Source of the DNA: Bdellovibrionales bacterium
Lineage (GTDB): Bacteria; Bdellovibrionota; Bdellovibrionia; Bdellovibrionales; JAGQZY01
Length of the DNA stretch: 64,000 bases
Reading direction: 5' to 3'
Assembly: GCA_964230645.1 (NCBI GenBank)
Contig: CAXRHT010000002.1
Span: forward strand, 800,001-864,000
Position numbers and translations under genes: made by a program. The notes under the pieces were generated by a model. The model was not told the DNA's origin, searched no databases, and saw only the letters and a program-made list of their open reading frames with translations. Shown here in pieces: positions 60,271 through 64,000 of the stretch. Every line of letters begins with the position of its first letter. The first letter of the stretch is position 1.

Positions 60271-63039
60271 CTATTCTTCTAAGTCCACCATGCGCGGATA
60301 GATCGGCAAATGGGAACTCTGCACTTTCAGTTTGAGTTTCGAGTTAAGTATCATCGCCTCGCGATGTTTTTGCGTGCTCGGTGTTGAGACCCAACTGCCT
60401 CCCTCGGGAAGATCAATATAAAATGCGCTCATATTAAAAAGTGTTGAGAAGTCTGTGACATGAATTCGAAAACCTGTGCGCTCACTATCAAAGCAATTCG
60501 ACGGAGCTCCGGTAGAGGCTCTGTCGGCAGGAACAGTGGCCAATTGAATGTGATCGCGATCAACATCATCCCTGAGATCTTGGAAGATTTGATTTTCACC
60601 GTCAATGTCCGGATAGGAGCAAAGATAACCTAACTCAGGAAAAGGCAGTTGTTTTGAGCAACCTCCACGACCGTAGCTTATTCCAACGTGCATATAACTA
60701 TTGCCTATTTGCCCATCTTTATCTCTATAGGTGACAGGAAGGTGATTTTTCTTAAATTCACTTGTATCAGCGACTAAACTAACGTTCACTTTTTCATTTC
60801 TTTTATAACTACAAGCCCAACCTTCCACAGTTATCCCGGAAGCGGATTTGTTGAAGCTTGTGACTTTAACACTGACGTTATCCCTGTCTAATCGCGGCGG
60901 AGTAAAAACTTTTCCGCTATTGGTCAGCCATTTATCAAGTGCCGGGTTACTTGGGTGCTTAGCCTTGATATAAATTTTATCTTCTTCATAGTTTGAACGG
61001 CGAGTCCATTTAATATTGTACCAGAACCCAACATTGATAGAGGGATGGGGCCGCCCTTTAGCATCTTTACACTCTTCGTAGAATTCTCCTCGAGCTCTTT
61101 GAGAGGCCATAAGATTTGATTCAAGCAAGATTCCGCCCTCTTCGGCGTTAGGAGCTTTGAGCCAGACTTCTAACTCCAGGCCTTCGGGGTATTCCGGAAT
61201 ACAGGCCCAACCTTCCACAATATAATCCTCGTAATTAGAAAAGGATGTGGTACTCGAGATATAAAGCTGATGGATTTTACCTTTGATCTCTAAATTTTCT
61301 ATATCTGGCTTGTAAAAGTAGTCATCTTCTAAGGGAGTGGTCGAAACCACATTGCCTTCCTTATCAACGACTTGGATGGCGTATAGTTTTTCAGGACGCA
61401 TATTAGGGAGTCTTAATTCAAGAGAAGCATAAGTTCCATTGATTTCATAACTATCAAGCACAGTGGTTTTTCCCGAAAATTTATCGACCAGTTCAACTTT
61501 ATACCCACGAATTCCCTTAGTGAATGAAACAGGAATGGTAAAGCCATTGCCATTCTCAACAGGTTCGCCCATTCCAATCTGGGGAAGATTAATATTAGTG
61601 ATAAAGCGTTCCAACTCCTCTTTAAGTTTTGGAAAACTCAGTCTTCGACCTTTAACAATATAGGGTTTCAGTCCGGCCACTGTTTCAGCGCTTTTTAAGA
61701 AGATTTCCTCGATCATAGCAGGGTTTAAAGGAATGCCGGCTCGATTCGACTTTTCTATTAGGTGAGCTATGGCTCCCGTCACCAAGGGGGCCGCGAAAGA
61801 TGTTCCTGAACCACTCACGTAGGCTGAACCGGTTGGAGAGTGAGACAGAATATCCTCACCTGGGGCTGCTATGTCGACAAGTTTATTGGAATAGTTAGAA
61901 AATGAGCTTAACTGATGAGTATTATTTGTGGACCCAACGCTGATCACACCCTCGTATTCACTAGCAAGTGCTGCAGGAATTACGGGAGAGTCTTCGATAT
62001 TGTTGGAGTCATTTCCTGCCGCTGCAACCACTACACATCCTTCATTGAGGCTGTAGGCAAGCGCCTCTCTAAGGGCTGTTTCCCCGCTGGGACCTGCAAA
62101 ACTTAAATTAAGAACACCTGGTCGTGTGGGAGAGCAAAGAAGTTGAGCGGTCCGCCGAATGGCATTGGCAATCACATCAGTCGTTGTTGAACTCCCGCAA
62201 TTAAAGGCTTTGGTCAAGTATCGAACCTCAACATCGATGACACCGACAATACCTTTTTTATTATTCTGTTTAGAGGTAATAATTCCGTTAACCATTGAGC
62301 CGTGCCCCGAGCAGTCCGAGACGTCATTCGAAGTTTCACCGGCCACACTGTGATTGTACTCCCAGAAGGAGCCATTGGTGTCTTCATGCTCTAAATTAAT
62401 TCCTGAGTCCACAATTCCAATAGGGGCCGAATTGTCGCTTCGTCTTCCTAGAAAATAGTCTCCGGTGTCCCAAAAACCCACAGCATCCAGATAGGGTTGA
62501 TTTAAAGCGAGAGGATCATCGGTGGAAACCGTTCCTCCCGTAAAAAAATGAGCTTGGTTGGTTACTCCGTGTAAACAGGAATTATCACTGGCCTCAGTTT
62601 CAATCGTGTTTTCAATTTCAGACAACCGCATGTCCTGATTCAAAGCCAAGGGGTAGGCCTGAATATCGAGATCCTCGATCTGTGCCTCTTTATTATAGGC
62701 CATACAAGTAAGGGATTCACTGCCAGAGGTACAACTGGACTGAGCACACTGATTGTTAATAAATAAAACCAACTCTTCATCTTTTAAGATAATCGGGTCG
62801 TGTTCTATACCTTGAGAGGTTTGCGAGGAGACAACCGCAAGATTTTTTACGTAAGACTTATCGAAAACAATTTTGTTTTCCTCAAAAGGAGAGGGGTAAT
62901 TCGCCGTGCTATCAAGTAGCTCGCCATAATACTCGGACTCAAAGCCTTTGCCACAATTCTGGAAAACTCCAAGAATCAGAAGAGAGGAAAGTGCAAATGT
63001 GAATAATACTTTTTTTCGACTCATCTCTTTAAAATCCAT
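60271..63039 (-). CDS. S8 subtilisin-family serine protease, lipoprotein, with C-terminal GWAC repeat domains
   Basis: FQNC lipobox; IVDSG, GHGS.V, AAAGN, SGTSFAAP; VEGWAC twice. Confidence 0.9.
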   Translation of the reverse strand: MDFKEMSRKKVLFTFALSSLLILGVFQNCGKGFESEYYGELLDSTANYPSPFEENKIVFDKSYVKNLAVVSSQTSQGIEHDPIILKDEELVLFINNQCAQSSCTSGSESLTCMAYNKEAQIEDLDIQAYPLALNQDMRLSEIENTIETEASDNSCLHGVTNQAHFFTGGTVSTDDPLALNQPYLDAVGFWDTGDYFLGRRSDNSAPIGIVDSGINLEHEDTNGSFWEYNHSVAGETSNDVSDCSGHGSMVNGIITSKQNNKKGIVGVIDVEVRYLTKAFNCGSSTTTDVIANAIRRTAQLLCSPTRPGVLNLSFAGPSGETALREALAYSLNEGCVVVAAAGNDSNNIEDSPVIPAALASEYEGVISVGSTNNTHQLSSFSNYSNKLVDIAAPGEDILSHSPTGSAYVSGSGTSFAAPLVTGAIAHLIEKSNRAGIPLNPAMIEEIFLKSAETVAGLKPYIVKGRRLSFPKLKEELERFITNINLPQIGMGEPVENGNGFTIPVSFTKGIRGYKVELVDKFSGKTTVLDSYEINGTYASLELRLPNMRPEKLYAIQVVDKEGNVVSTTPLEDDYFYKPDIENLEIKGKIHQLYISSTTSFSNYEDYIVEGWACIPEYPEGLELEVWLKAPNAEEGGILLESNLMASQRARGEFYEECKDAKGRPHPSINVGFWYNIKWTRRSNYEEDKIYIKAKHPSNPALDKWLTNSGKVFTPPRLDRDNVSVKVTSFNKSASGITVEGWACSYKRNEKVNVSLVADTSEFKKNHLPVTYRDKDGQIGNSYMHVGISYGRGGCSKQLPFPELGYLCSYPDIDGENQIFQDLRDDVDRDHIQLATVPADRASTGAPSNCFDSERTGFRIHVTDFSTLFNMSAFYIDLPEGGSWVSTPSTQKHREAMILNSKLKLKVQSSHLPIYPRMVDLEE

Positions 63040-63047
63040 CCCTTTCC

Positions 63048-64000
63048 CTACTCATCGCAGTCATTGGTGCAGTTTCTATAGATGGCTTCAGGCGGACCAT
63101 CAAAAAGTCCGTCTTCGATTCGACATTTCCTTAAGTGTTGATATTTATCACAACTATCATTACAGCCCACACTTTGCTTTGTATAAGCTGTTATCTCAGT
63201 TCCACCGAGAGCTTGAGCGCCCGACCAAGGAAGGCGACAAACAAATCCAGGGGCGCCTCCTCCTTCTTCACAAGTCTCAGGAGCACAAGAGCCAAACTTG
63301 AAGCTTGGGTCTCCTGTTAAAACACCATCCACACAGGAGCGTGGCTGCATATTGCCATTATCTAAACAGCTTTTGTCACAAGCGACACTTCCACTTTTAT
63401 AGGCGATCGCTTGCTGATTGTTATATAATTTTGTTCCCCAGGGGGTGATACACTCAACACATTTTTCCTGGGTACAGGCGCCAAACTTGTATTTCTTTTC
63501 ATCGAGCTCATCAAATTTCCCAGAGTCACATGTTAAATAGGTCGACTCACAACGATTACCACATTTTACCGATTCACTGGCATAGCCTCGAACCCTTTCC
63601 CCGTCGCCGACTTTATCACCCCAGGGAGTGGTGCACTCGATACACTTTTCAATTCGACAGTTGGGGAACGAGTAGGTGCTAATATTAGCCCCCACTAAAC
63701 GTCCGTTGCTACAGGTTACATCTCGGGCCTCGCACTCACTCTTGCAATTAACTACGTCGTCGCGAAAAGCACTGATAGTAGCTCCCTCAGCGAGCTGCTC
63801 TCCCCAGGGGAGTTCGCAGGCGGAACACTCGGTTTCTTCGCATGTAAAGGCGGGGAACTGGGAATGCAGTCCAAGATCGCCATTGGAGCACTCAACCTCA
63901 ATTTTTTGAGACTCACAACTCACACCACATCCAGGTTTTGAAATACGATACATCGCAAGTTTTTCACCATTCAAAATACTCCTGCCATCAGGCAGATCAC
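63048..64000 (-). CDS. Cys-rich CxxPWG-repeat protein, 5'-truncated by the window edge
   Basis: About 59-aa repeats C..PWG...C...C...C..G...C; reading frame stays open to 64000. Confidence 0.8.
   Translation of the reverse strand, partial: DLPDGRSILNGEKLAMYRISKPGCGVSCESQKIEVECSNGDLGLHSQFPAFTCEETECSACELPWGEQLAEGATISAFRDDVVNCKSECEARDVTCSNGRLVGANISTYSFPNCRIEKCIECTTPWGDKVGDGERVRGYASESVKCGNRCESTYLTCDSGKFDELDEKKYKFGACTQEKCVECITPWGTKLYNNQQAIAYKSGSVACDKSCLDNGNMQPRSCVDGVLTGDPSFKFGSCAPETCEEGGGAPGFVCRLPWSGAQALGGTEITAYTKQSVGCNDSCDKYQHLRKCRIEDGLFDGPPEAIYRNCTNDCDE

Overview
Core chromosomal segment of a bacterium, probably of the Bdellovibrionota/Oligoflexia type. This is inferred from the many Cys-rich lipoproteins and secreted proteases, an FQNC lipobox, a GEMM-I riboswitch and tRNA-Arg(UCG). 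Housekeeping genes (dus, purK/purE, fur, hpf, slyD, speD/speE, trmH, iscS/iscA, rny, zapA, ftsY, smc, ppdK, glyQS, mrp) are interspersed with secreted and membrane hypothetical proteins. I saw no transposase, integrase, CRISPR array or phage genes. The most striking unexplained structure is a dispersed ~180-188 nt intergenic element in three copies (25519, 44686, 57758). Each has a conserved 78-nt core with compensatory base changes, enclosed by 51-55 bp near-perfect inverted arms whose sequence differs between copies. A second long-armed hairpin with a different core, plus a 21-bp tandem array, lies at 39.3-39.6 kb. Other notable items are a c-di-GMP-I riboswitch with a readable terminator/antiterminator platform, twin sigma54 promoters, a eukaryote-type AdoMetDC, a lipoprotein PreP-like peptidase and an RluA-methyltransferase fusion.
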